Both the position numbers and the translations under genes were made by a program. From positions 1-61,360 of the forward strand of contig JAHBWQ010000001.1 of the NCBI GenBank assembly GCA_019636915.1: a stretch of 61,360 nucleotides of DNA, in the 5' to 3' direction. The first letter of the stretch is position 1; each line of letters starts with the position of its first letter. Below are positions 1 to 8,678 of this stretch, piece after piece. The notes under the pieces are model-generated. The model was not told the DNA's origin and did not search any database. It saw only the letters and a list, made by a program, of their open reading frames with translations. Source of the DNA: Nitrospira sp. (lineage in GTDB: Bacteria; Nitrospirota; Nitrospiria; Nitrospirales; Nitrospiraceae).

Positions 1-1258
1 CGACGGCCATTCCATGCGCCGCAAGCCCGACCAACAGGCCCACCCAGGGAGCAGCATCCCTACCCGCCGCATGTTGCGCCCCAATCACTGCTCCTTCTGC
101 CATCGCAAACTTTGTAGCGGCTCGCGCAACAGCTTTCGTGGCAATCGCCGGCATCCGCTCCGATAGCCCCTTCTCCGCCAGTGCCGTCAGGTTCTGTGCC
201 CGTTCCGACCGAACCGAAAACGAACGGCCCTGCGAATCAGTCAAGGTCAGATCCTCAAACGTCACTCGTGTCTTTTGCGGCACCAGCCGTGGGAGTGCCA
301 CACGAACCACACGGCCGTTCAGGCCGTACAGCACACTGTCTGCTATCCGATCTCTCTGGTACGGACCCCGAAAAACTCCTCTATTTAGTAAAACTAACTG
401 TATTGCATCAAGACTGATCGGTAAGTCTAAAAACATGTCTTCCTTTCTTGGAGCGCGGCCATTATAGCTGATCATGACCACGTGAGCGAGTTCTTCTCCG
501 GAGGAAGATGATGAGGGTGACCACGGCACATCTGGAAAGGCCTGGCGATAACTCTCAAACTCGGTTTTCAGGCCAAGTGCGTCGGCAGTCCGTAACAGAT
601 CAGTCTGTAAGGAGAGAGGAGCCGACAGCCTCGACCATCCTTTCATCGCCTGATAAGCCTCGTACGCATTTCGATAGGCGATAAACGCGTTATTGCGGTC
701 CCCCGCAGCCTCATACAGGATGCCGCTCAGATACCGAGCAAACCCATCGTTCCGGTATTTATCCAAACCCTTGACTCTATCGCCCAACACATTCAGTCGA
801 TGATCGACCCGCCGAACCTCGACCAATGCCTCCTGGAGGTAGCCTTGAACCGCATAGTTCAGTGCCTTGACCACGTTGATCATCACATGCTCATAGGCAT
901 CCCCTTCGTAGGGCAACGCATTGTCGTTGGTTAGAAACGCGGCGGTCTCTGTGCGGATACTTCTGGTGTAGAGTCGCTCAACGTCCTCTTCAGCTTGCTC
1001 CAACACCGCACTGCTTTGCTCATATTGTCCCGCCACCTGCAAGACCAACCCACGGTCCATCTCATAGAGCAATCGCCCCTTCGCTCCATATTCTCCCTTC
1101 GCCTGCTCGACGATCGTCGCAGCTTGCTGTGGATTACCAGCGAGCAGACTCTGTTCGATCAACAGATAGTGATTGACGGAGGAACCACATCCAGTCGAGA
1201 GAACTGCAAGACAACCGGCCAGAAGTAACGAGATAGGGGAAATACCGCTCCACCGCAC
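1..1258 (-). CDS. COG3014-like TPR lipoprotein (3' end runs off the window)
   Basis: Hand translation from GTG 1258 (alternative TTG about 1297): VRWSGISPISLLLAGCLAVLSTGCGSS, with a lipobox-like STGC, then ...LPYEGDAYEHVMINVVKALNY... It lies downstream of lpoB and is absent from the ORF track because it is edge-truncated. Confidence 0.8.
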   Translation of the reverse strand, partial: MRWSGISPISLLLAGCLAVLSTGCGSSVNHYLLIEQSLLAGNPQQAATIVEQAKGEYGAKGRLLYEMDRGLVLQVAGQYEQSSAVLEQAEEDVERLYTRSIRTETAAFLTNDNALPYEGDAYEHVMINVVKALNYAVQGYLQEALVEVRRVDHRLNVLGDRVKGLDKYRNDGFARYLSGILYEAAGDRNNAFIAYRNAYEAYQAMKGWSRLSAPLSLQTDLLRTADALGLKTEFESYRQAFPDVPWSPSSSSSGEELAHVVMISYNGRAPRKEDMFLDLPISLDAIQLVLLNRGVFRGPYQRDRIADSVLYGLNGRVVRVALPRLVPQKTRVTFEDLTLTDSQGRSFSVRSERAQNLTALAEKGLSERMPAIATKAVARAATKFAMAEGAVIGAQHAAGRDAAPWVGLLVGLAAHGMAV

Positions 1259-1348
1259 AGATCCCCCGTGGGCAAAGCGTGAGAGGAATGGTTTCAACGA
1301 ATTCCGCGAGACTAACAGGATACTGAAACAAGCCACTAGAGTCAGGGA

Positions 1349-1406
1349 GGTGAAGGTTGAGGCTCAGGTTTAACGAATCAAGTGTCCTCACTCAATCCTT
1401 AACCTG
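1349..1406. repeat. Imperfect hexamer tandem repeats in inverted arrangement
   Basis: ggtgaa-ggttga-ggctca-ggttta, followed by the roughly complementary cctcactcaatccttaacctg. Confidence 0.45.
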
Positions 1407-1419
1407 TTCGGTTTAGCTT

Positions 1420-1457
1420 GCTGCGGCCTTACTGGACAGCTTTTTTGAGCAGCTTGC
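1420..1457 (-). repeat. Half copy of the dispersed palindromic (MITE/REP-like) element
   Basis: Reverse complement gcaagctgctcaaaaaagctgtccagtaaggccgcagc matches the left arm of the copy at 2194. It abuts the lpoB stop codon. Confidence 0.75.
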
Positions 1458-2107
1458 TAAAAGACTGTCCGCTTCTTTTCAACCACCTTCTTGATCTTCT
1501 TTTGCCCGTACCACACCTTCGCATTGCTTTCCAAGTCGATCATCTGAAGATCCACCTGGTAAAATACGGCTTTCGCCCCGTCTGCTTCGTCAAGAATGGT
1601 GGCAATCGTCCCCTTCATCATAAAATCGGCCCCAGTCTCTTTGCCAGGTGCCTTCTGTGTCTCTTCACGAGCATAGATCGCTTGTTCTTTTCGTTCGGTT
1701 CGAACCTCGTCGCGTTCACCCTTGCCGGCGACGAAGGTGACCTTTTGCGAATTGGTGAGTTCACGCTCTAAATCGGTAATAAATGTCTGAACACTGATAT
1801 GCTCATGGCTGCTATTCAGGACAGTGCCCACCACAACGACAGGCTGACGCTGTTGGGCCTTTTCAAAATTCCCAAGCCAAGGATATTGGAGCGCATCCTT
1901 CACCATTGCCTCGGCAACCATCCGGGAGTCCGTATCGTTCCATCGCCCGCTCAGATCAGTCACCACGCCAGCATCGACACGAGTCACCTTGGTCTCATGA
2001 CCACATCCGGACAGCGCAACGGTAAGACTCACGATGGCTGCAAGTGAAAGCCGAAACCGTTCGGCCACAATATCCTTCTGAGAAGATGTAGACATCGCAT
2101 TCTCCAT
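1457..2107 (-). CDS. lpoB: Penicillin-binding protein activator LpoB-like lipoprotein
   Basis: Lipobox LSGC; motifs DLSGRWNDTDSR and GADFMMKGTI...FYQVDLQMIDLES..VW. Confidence 0.8.
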   Translation of the reverse strand: MENAMSTSSQKDIVAERFRLSLAAIVSLTVALSGCGHETKVTRVDAGVVTDLSGRWNDTDSRMVAEAMVKDALQYPWLGNFEKAQQRQPVVVVGTVLNSSHEHISVQTFITDLERELTNSQKVTFVAGKGERDEVRTERKEQAIYAREETQKAPGKETGADFMMKGTIATILDEADGAKAVFYQVDLQMIDLESNAKVWYGQKKIKKVVEKKRTVF

Positions 2108-2193
2108 GTAGGACCAGCAGCGCTACGAAAAAACTCGGTTGAGGCCAACAAGATGGCTGCAATATTCCGTACAGTGCGAACACCAAAACAACC

Positions 2194-2279
2194 GTAGGAT
2201 ACTCAAAAGGGCTGTCCAGCAAGGCCGCAGCGGAGCGAAGAGGCGAGAACATTGCTGGCGGCCTTTTTCAGCATCCTGC
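2194..2279 (+). repeat. Palindromic MITE/REP-like element, internally deleted copy
   Basis: gtaggatactcaaaagggctgtccagcaaggccgcagc...gagaacattgctggcggcctttttcagcatcctgc. It has terminal inverted repeats and abuts the upstream gene's stop codon. Confidence 0.85.
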
Positions 2280-2845
2280 TAGCGAGCACCTCGCTTATCC
2301 TCTTCCTGCTCTAACCGCTCGAACAGACGATCGGCGTTTTTCCTGACAAAATCCCGAACCTGGGAGTTGAGTTCCCGTGCCTGTTCCAAATTGTTCTTCA
2401 TGTCTTCCAAACTCAACTTGGTCAGCACATAATAGGTATTGGTCTTTTGATCCATATATTGGTCGATCTTCCGGACCCCGCTGAGTGTCGCAGTCGTGAT
2501 CGTTTTTTGAGCTCGTTCAACATTCTGCTCTTCCGTATTCCGTGTAAAATCTCCCGCCGTGGTTGATGCCGCATAGTCCCGCATCAGATAGCCCGTATAG
2601 GTCTCGAACGTTTTCGCAATCTCGGCTCTTCCACGATTCTCCGCTGTCTCCCAGGCAAGCGGTGCATTCCGTACGCCGGACACTGCCCCCACCCCGTAAA
2701 AGGCCTTGCTATCTTTCTCATTGAACGCACCCGACCCCTTCTGAACCCATTTTGGAGGGCCCCCACAAGCGGCAAGTCCCATCATAAAAAGGACGGCAAG
2801 ACCGAGGCCGGCCAGTCTTGAGTACGTCGCTTGTGACCTGATCAT
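2279..2845 (-). CDS. LPP20-family lipoprotein
   Basis: Lipobox LAAC, GPPKWV and AENRGRAEIAK motifs, with an aggagg RBS. Confidence 0.75.
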   Translation of the reverse strand: MIRSQATYSRLAGLGLAVLFMMGLAACGGPPKWVQKGSGAFNEKDSKAFYGVGAVSGVRNAPLAWETAENRGRAEIAKTFETYTGYLMRDYAASTTAGDFTRNTEEQNVERAQKTITTATLSGVRKIDQYMDQKTNTYYVLTKLSLEDMKNNLEQARELNSQVRDFVRKNADRLFERLEQEEDKRGAR

Positions 2846-2913
2846 ACAACCTCCTTCATGAAAATAGGTAGATTCGCCGTACGTAGAACATCCCGAGAAA
2901 AAATGTTGGAATC

Positions 2914-2942
2914 ATGCTAACATGCGTTTTTTTATCAGTCAA
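2914..2942 (-). promoter_or_regulatory. Putative sigma70 promoter for the lipoprotein operon
   Basis: TTGACT-17 nt-TAGCAT with an extended -10 TG on the minus strand. Confidence 0.5.
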
Positions 2943-2991
2943 TGTAAGGCACACTTCACTCGGATTCCAGAACTGTACCTAAGGAGGCGCT

Positions 2992-3162
2992 GTGGCAGAT
3001 ATCCAGATTGACGACGGCATCATCAAAATTCTCGCACTCGACATTCAGGACCCGAACGCTGCTGCTGTCCTTGCAGCATACCCTCAAGCTCGTTGGGCAG
3101 AAATCACACGTCGAGCGATCAAGATCGGCCTGGGCTACCTCAAGGGTGGGGAACAGGGATAG
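2992..3162 (+). CDS. 56-aa hypothetical small protein (not in ORF track)
   Basis: aaggagg RBS just upstream of GTG; MADIQIDDGIIKILALDIQDPNAAAVLAAYPQARWAEITRRAIKIGLGYLKGGEQG; fills an otherwise empty gap. Confidence 0.75.
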   Translation: MADIQIDDGIIKILALDIQDPNAAAVLAAYPQARWAEITRRAIKIGLGYLKGGEQG

Positions 3163-3234
3163 TTTACTGACTGCGGCTGCCTCAATAAAATACGGGACCG
3201 AGAGCAGCCCCGGCCAGTTACATCGATCGGAGAC

Positions 3235-4113
3235 TCATTTCACAGTTGCTCCCCTGGAGGTTTTCCCTTCGATCAACACCATATCTCCATCGCCATCGAT
3301 ACGAAGGCTCGATGGATGCTGTAATCCACCGGACGTCGTCTCGACCTGACGTACGAGATAACTCCCCAATTCGGACGCCATGAGCCAACCGTTTCCATCT
3401 AGATCTGCGGCACCGGACAGTCCTGCCAATAGGGCCTCAATAAAGCGACTGCCTTGGTCGGAACGACGGACGGCTTCTCCCTTACTTGCCGCACTCACGA
3501 CCTGCACCGCCCGCCGCTCTGTATCCAACTCTGGAGCCATCCGTCCTTCCAATGACAATCCAGAAGGTTCGGTTGTCTCCCATCCGAACACCGGCGCATC
3601 CAGAATGAGGAACGTATGTTTCGACGCCGACCGCCGTGTAAATTCTTTCAACTGTTCGACCGTAATGGACTTCACCGCGCTGTTGACCGGTGCATCAAAC
3701 GGAACAAGATACCCGCGATCCTGTCCGTCGGGATCTTGCATGATCCCGGCATGGCCGACGTACACGAGCACAAGCCGATCCATACGCCCAACTTTTCTCG
3801 GCAGCATGTCGTTCAGCAGTTGTTGCAGGCGTCGCGCACTGGCATCCTTGTCGTAGAGTTCGACCACTTCCTCAAATCCCAGTTGTCGAAAGGCCTCCGC
3901 CACTTTTTTCGCATCCTTGATGGCTCCCGGAATCGATGGCGCCAACACATACTGTTCGACCCCAATCACAATCGCCCAAGACTTGTAATAAAGTCCCTCC
4001 GGCTTTCCCAATTGGGCCTCCGCAACTGGGAGAAAGTCGAGCGACAGCAGGGCCACCAGGCAGGCAGATAGCGCGACCGGTCTCATACGCATGATCCGAG
4101 CAGATCTCATCAT
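3235..4113 (-). CDS. Exported caspase-family (peptidase C14-like) protein, catalytic Cys absent
   Basis: Signal peptide; motifs AIVIGVEQY, GAIKDA, YVGHAG, GYLVPFDA, ILDAP (canonical DAC) and ADLDGNG. Start chosen at ATG 4113 after a gagg RBS. Confidence 0.8.
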   Translation of the reverse strand: MMRSARIMRMRPVALSACLVALLSLDFLPVAEAQLGKPEGLYYKSWAIVIGVEQYVLAPSIPGAIKDAKKVAEAFRQLGFEEVVELYDKDASARRLQQLLNDMLPRKVGRMDRLVLVYVGHAGIMQDPDGQDRGYLVPFDAPVNSAVKSITVEQLKEFTRRSASKHTFLILDAPVFGWETTEPSGLSLEGRMAPELDTERRAVQVVSAASKGEAVRRSDQGSRFIEALLAGLSGAADLDGNGWLMASELGSYLVRQVETTSGGLQHPSSLRIDGDGDMVLIEGKTSRGATVK

Positions 4114-4306
4114 AAACCTCTGTGGAGCGTTCATCGTGGGGAGTGAGCCTATCGCCAGCCATGGCATGTGTCAAGAAACTGAATCGAAGTACTCGCCTCG
4201 TGCTATGGGATCGGTTCGTACTCCTTGCATGGTTGCAGGTATCCAGGACTTTCTCCATAATGCCCTCTCCGCCCTGGACTGTGTTAAAGAAGGAGACACT
4301 CCTGCC

Positions 4307-6196
4307 ATGAGCGAACAAATCGAGACCCTACTGAAAGAAAGTCGGACCTATCAGCCGACGGTCAAGACGATCGCTGCCGCCTACATCAAAGAGTACGAGA
4401 CCGAGTACAAAAAATCTATCGCGGATCCGGAAACATTTTGGAGTAACGCCGCCAAGGAGTTGGAGTGGTTTTCTCCATGGAACAAAGTGCTTGAGTGGAA
4501 CTATCCCTGGGCTAAGTGGTTTGTCGATGCCCGATGCAATATCGCCTACAACTGCCTCGACCGGCATGTTAAAACCTGGCGGAAGAACAAAGTCGCACTG
4601 ATCTGGGTGGGCGAAAACGACCAGGAACGCGTCTTCACATACGGCGAACTCTACCGGCAGGTCAACCGCTGTGCGAACGCCCTGAAGAAACTTGGCCTTC
4701 AGAAAGGTGATCGTGTCACCATCTATCTTCCCAAAATCCCGGAACAAGTCATTGCCATGCTGGCTTGCGCCAGAATCGGCGTGATCCACAGTGTGGTCTA
4801 CTCAGGGTTCAGCGCGCCGGCCCTCGCGAGTCGCGTGAACGATGCTGAGGCCAAAGTGGTGATCACTGCCGATGTCGGCTTTGATCGTGGCAAGACCATA
4901 AACCTGAAGCCCGTAGTGGACGAGGCCCTCAAGAGCTGCCGCACCGTTGACCATGTCGTTGTGGTGCGCCGTCAAGTACCGGGGCCGGTGCTTTCAGCTC
5001 CAAAGGAGATTGATTGGAACGAATGGGTCAAGCAGGAACGCGCAGTGTGTGACGCAGAACAGCTGGATGCAGAAACTCCGCTGTACATCCTCTACACGTC
5101 CGGAACAACCGGCAAACCCAAGGGCGTCGTCCATGTCCATGGCGGCTACATGGTCGGCACCTATTTGACGACGAAATATGTGTTTGATTTGAAAGACGAT
5201 GATGTGTATTTCTGCGTGGCTGATCCGGGTTGGGTCACAGGCCACAGCTACATCGTGTATGGACCGCTTCTGAATGGCGCAACGATTCTGACGGCGGAAG
5301 GTAAACCCGACTACCCCACCCCAGGGCGCTGGTGGGATCTGATTGAACGGTACGGGGTCTCCATTTTCTATACCACTCCGACTGCCATCCGCCTGCTCAT
5401 GCGCTACGGCGAAGAATGGCCAAAGAAATCTGATCTCTCAACACTCAGAATCCTTGGCAGCGTCGGGGAGCCCATCAATCCAGAAGCATGGGAATGGTAT
5501 CACCGTGTGACAGGCGGGGACAAACCCATCATGGACACCTGGTGGCAGACGGAAACGGGGGCAATCTTGATCACCCCACTCCCCACCGTACCACTCAAAC
5601 CAGGCTCAGCCACCCGCCCATTTCTGGGAATCGAAGCCGATGTCGTCGATCGTGAAGGCAACAGCCTCCCTGCCAATGCTGGCGGCTTTGCCGTCATCAA
5701 GAAGCCTTGGCCCTCCATGATGCGCACGATCTACAAGGATCCCGAGCGGTATAAGACCTACTGGAACACAATCCCCAACTGCTATACAGCCGGCGATGTC
5801 TGTCATAAAGATGCCGACGGCTATATGTGGTTCATGGGCCGTGCGGATGACGTGATCAAAGTGGCCGGCAATCGGCTCGGCACGGCCGAAGTGGAAAGTG
5901 CCTTGGTCAGTCACCCCGCTGTCGCGGAAGCTGCCGTCATCGGAAAACCACATAAGACGGTCGGTGAATCCATCAAGGCCTTCATCATCCTGAAACAGGG
6001 AGAACAGGAGAGTCCGACCTTGATCAAGTCGATCAAGGATCAGGTCCTGAAAGAATTGGGGAAGATCGGTGTCCCTTCTGAAATTGACATTGTGTCGTCA
6101 CTCCCGAAAACGCGGTCTGGGAAAATCATGCGTCGCGTGCTCAAAGCGAAAGAACTCGGGCAAGATCCCGGCGATATCTCGACGATTGAGGAGTAA
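4307..6196 (+). CDS. acs: Acetyl-CoA synthetase (AMP-forming)
   Basis: YTSGTTGKPKG, DTWWQTETG and LPKTRSGKIMRR motifs; aggag RBS before ATG 4307. Confidence 0.97.
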   Translation: MSEQIETLLKESRTYQPTVKTIAAAYIKEYETEYKKSIADPETFWSNAAKELEWFSPWNKVLEWNYPWAKWFVDARCNIAYNCLDRHVKTWRKNKVALIWVGENDQERVFTYGELYRQVNRCANALKKLGLQKGDRVTIYLPKIPEQVIAMLACARIGVIHSVVYSGFSAPALASRVNDAEAKVVITADVGFDRGKTINLKPVVDEALKSCRTVDHVVVVRRQVPGPVLSAPKEIDWNEWVKQERAVCDAEQLDAETPLYILYTSGTTGKPKGVVHVHGGYMVGTYLTTKYVFDLKDDDVYFCVADPGWVTGHSYIVYGPLLNGATILTAEGKPDYPTPGRWWDLIERYGVSIFYTTPTAIRLLMRYGEEWPKKSDLSTLRILGSVGEPINPEAWEWYHRVTGGDKPIMDTWWQTETGAILITPLPTVPLKPGSATRPFLGIEADVVDREGNSLPANAGGFAVIKKPWPSMMRTIYKDPERYKTYWNTIPNCYTAGDVCHKDADGYMWFMGRADDVIKVAGNRLGTAEVESALVSHPAVAEAAVIGKPHKTVGESIKAFIILKQGEQESPTLIKSIKDQVLKELGKIGVPSEIDIVSSLPKTRSGKIMRRVLKAKELGQDPGDISTIEE

Positions 6197-6201
6197 CGGG
6201 C

Positions 6202-6426
6202 GTGGGACGAGGTGGACGAAAACCCGGCGAGCCGATCTATCTGCGGCGGCACATCATCGCGCTCGCCCTGGCCGTAGGCCTGCCGATTGTCCTGTTACAG
6301 CTGTATAAGATTTATATTGGTCCGGTAAGTTTCGATGCCCAGATGGGGTTTGGAATTCTTATCTCTATCCTGACTGGCCTTATCCTTTACTACACCTACC
6401 GATCCTCTGCGCAAAATCAGCCCTAG
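6202..6426 (+). CDS. Small two-TM membrane protein
   Basis: Two hydrophobic segments; starts 5 nt after the acs stop. Confidence 0.65.
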   Translation: MGRGGRKPGEPIYLRRHIIALALAVGLPIVLLQLYKIYIGPVSFDAQMGFGILISILTGLILYYTYRSSAQNQP

Positions 6427-6579
6427 AACGCCCCAGACTCTCCTCCGCAATACCATTGCTGGGGGTGGCGAATGCGTTGGCTACCGTCACGGTCGAAAAA
6501 TCGAATAGTACTGGCCAAGAAACCCTCGCCTGTGTGTAATGGTGACCACGCGCATTATACTCACTGGAGGAACCGGATC

Positions 6580-7308
6580 ATGATCAATCGAAAGATTATT
6601 GGTCTTCTTGGTCTGATATTGTCCGTTGGGATGCTCGTATGTCCAACGGATGGATCAGCTGAATGGTATGCGGATGCCTACTCGGGAGCTGTCTGGACTC
6701 CAAACACGGACCTAACCGTTACCAGTTCGTTAGGAACCACAACCACCTACCATGGCCTCGATGTCCACAACAATTGGACAGCTGGTGGCCGTGCGGGATA
6801 CTGGCTTGATAAAAGCAACCTCGACTGGCTCGGCTTTGGACTGGATGTCTTCTTCTTCCACCTCAAAACGCCACCGGGGCAACAGGTGGGCGTGACTGGT
6901 TCCGGTGGGGCCACCACTCAATTTGCCCATTGGAGCTTGCCGGCACTGGGAGTTGGTTTCGATGTGCTGCGGATCCGGTTTCCGCTCCTTCGGGACGACA
7001 AGTTTGTCCATGGGCGCCTGCAGCCTTTTCTTGCTGCTGGGCCTGCGGTGTTTATTTCCTACGCAGGGCAGAACACGTTTGTGCAACCGGACGGACAACG
7101 CTCCACGAATGCGTCGGTCGGCGTCAAAGTTGATGCTGGAGTAGCCGTCATGATCACGAAACAGATCGGGGCGTTTGCACAATATCGCTTCACACACTTC
7201 ACCACTGAATTAGACTATCAGAACACCGCTCCGGCTCCGGCTACGGAAGGATTCAAGACCACGTACGACTCTCATCATGTCATCGCAGGCTTGTCTCTGC
7301 GCTTCTAA
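6580..7308 (+). CDS. Outer-membrane beta-barrel protein
   Basis: ggagg RBS, signal peptide, amphipathic strands and C-terminal AGLSLRF. Confidence 0.8.
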   Translation: MINRKIIGLLGLILSVGMLVCPTDGSAEWYADAYSGAVWTPNTDLTVTSSLGTTTTYHGLDVHNNWTAGGRAGYWLDKSNLDWLGFGLDVFFFHLKTPPGQQVGVTGSGGATTQFAHWSLPALGVGFDVLRIRFPLLRDDKFVHGRLQPFLAAGPAVFISYAGQNTFVQPDGQRSTNASVGVKVDAGVAVMITKQIGAFAQYRFTHFTTELDYQNTAPAPATEGFKTTYDSHHVIAGLSLRF

Positions 7309-7881
7309 TGTCGGTTGGTGACCAACGAGAAAACTATGTTGATGGCAATCAGCTCCCCTCATCACAATCACAAAGCCCTACTATCCGGCATACCGCCAAA
7401 CCACTGCATCAGGCTCTGCCTGCATCCCTACTTAGCGAATATGCCTAAATTCAGGATATTCCTCTTTTGGGATTTCATGTTCCCATGAAAAGGTATCCGA
7501 GCCTCTTTTCTCACATCACCCTAAGATCCTGCGGCGGGCGTTCTCGCAAGCAGCGGGAGTCAGCCGATCGACCAGCGGCTGTAGCGAGGAGACTTCGGTA
7601 CTGAAAAAATGAACGGTGAGGTATCGATGAAGCAGCCCTTTATAGCTGACTCACCAGGAACACCAAAGATGAGCGGTCCTTCCCATTAGCCTGCTGCGTG
7701 AACTCAACTCCTGATTCCGCCGCAATCAGCCTCTTCAGCCAATTGGTGGCGAGCATGCGTAGCTGGCATCGATCATCTTGTGCCATGGTTGTGGAGGATG
7801 CTGCGTGTGACTCCTAGCTGTTGCAGATTAGGATTGGAGTGCAATCTGAGAGAACGGCTTGCATCATTTTGAGACTGGCAG

Positions 7882-8535
7882 TCAGATCAGCCCGCGTTTC
7901 TGCAGGTACTCTGTATCGATGCTGATAGTGGGCTTAGCGAGTTGGCCACGCTCTTGGAGAAGCCGTTCGACGTACTTGCCGATGAGGTCGGATTCAAGAT
8001 TCACGGTATCATTCACCTGCTTCAAGCCCAGGATTGTCACCTTCGCTGTGTGTGGAATAATGGCGACGCTGACCCCCTGCTCGGTCACCGCATTGATCGT
8101 GAGGCTGATGCCGTCGACGGTAATTGAGCCTTTTGCGACGCAATAGCGCAGAATCTCCAGAGGCGCTCCGATGGTAAACACGATGGCATTGGCGTCTTGC
8201 TGTCGACTACGGATCACCCCCACTCCATCCACATGGCCGGCCACCAGGTGCCCGCCGATGCGCTCGTTGAGCTTCATGGCCCGTTCGAGATTGACCGGCA
8301 TGCCTACGGCGAAACCGCCGAGCGTCGTGACGGAAAGGGTCTCAGGCGAGACTTCCACCGAAAAGTCGCGTTCGCTTCGTGAGACAACCGTCAGACAGAT
8401 TCCATTGACACTCACACTGTCACCAATTTTGAGATCACTCATCACCGTCGAGGCCAAGATCGTCAACTTGGCTCCAGCCAGCGACTTGTTCATGACTGTA
8501 ATTGCGCCCATTTCTTCGACAATACCGGTAAACAT
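7882..8535 (-). CDS. ribE: Riboflavin synthase (alpha subunit)
   Basis: N-terminal MFTGIVEE; GDSVSVNGICLTV; KGSITVDGISLTI. Confidence 0.97.
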   Translation of the reverse strand: MFTGIVEEMGAITVMNKSLAGAKLTILASTVMSDLKIGDSVSVNGICLTVVSRSERDFSVEVSPETLSVTTLGGFAVGMPVNLERAMKLNERIGGHLVAGHVDGVGVIRSRQQDANAIVFTIGAPLEILRYCVAKGSITVDGISLTINAVTEQGVSVAIIPHTAKVTILGLKQVNDTVNLESDLIGKYVERLLQERGQLAKPTISIDTEYLQKRGLI

Positions 8536-8651
8536 CAGTCTTTCCTCAAAATGATCTGTTTCACCACATAGACGAACAACACAAGCAACACCACCACACC
8601 AAAACCGGCCAACACCCCGATGACGAGATTCTCTGTCGCCATTTCTTTCAT
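8535..8651 (-). CDS. 38-aa single-TM micro-protein (not in ORF track)
   Basis: MKEMATENLVIGVLAGFGVVVLLVLFVYVVKQIILRKD; its stop overlaps the ribE start (TGATG). Confidence 0.65.
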   Translation of the reverse strand: MKEMATENLVIGVLAGFGVVVLLVLFVYVVKQIILRKD

Positions 8652-8678
8652 AGAATGCCCATTATATCCCAGCCACGC

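Noticed and set aside
3235-4113. Caspase as part of an anti-phage system (CBASS, gasdermin, Avs)
   Set aside because: The catalytic Cys is missing, the protein is exported and no defence genes are adjacent.
4091-4306. N-terminal extension of Acs in the ORF track
   Set aside because: It overlaps the divergent gene, and the RBS and homology support ATG 4307. The same reasoning applies to the extended starts of ApbC, ThiE, the SRPBCC protein and ORF 24578-25204.
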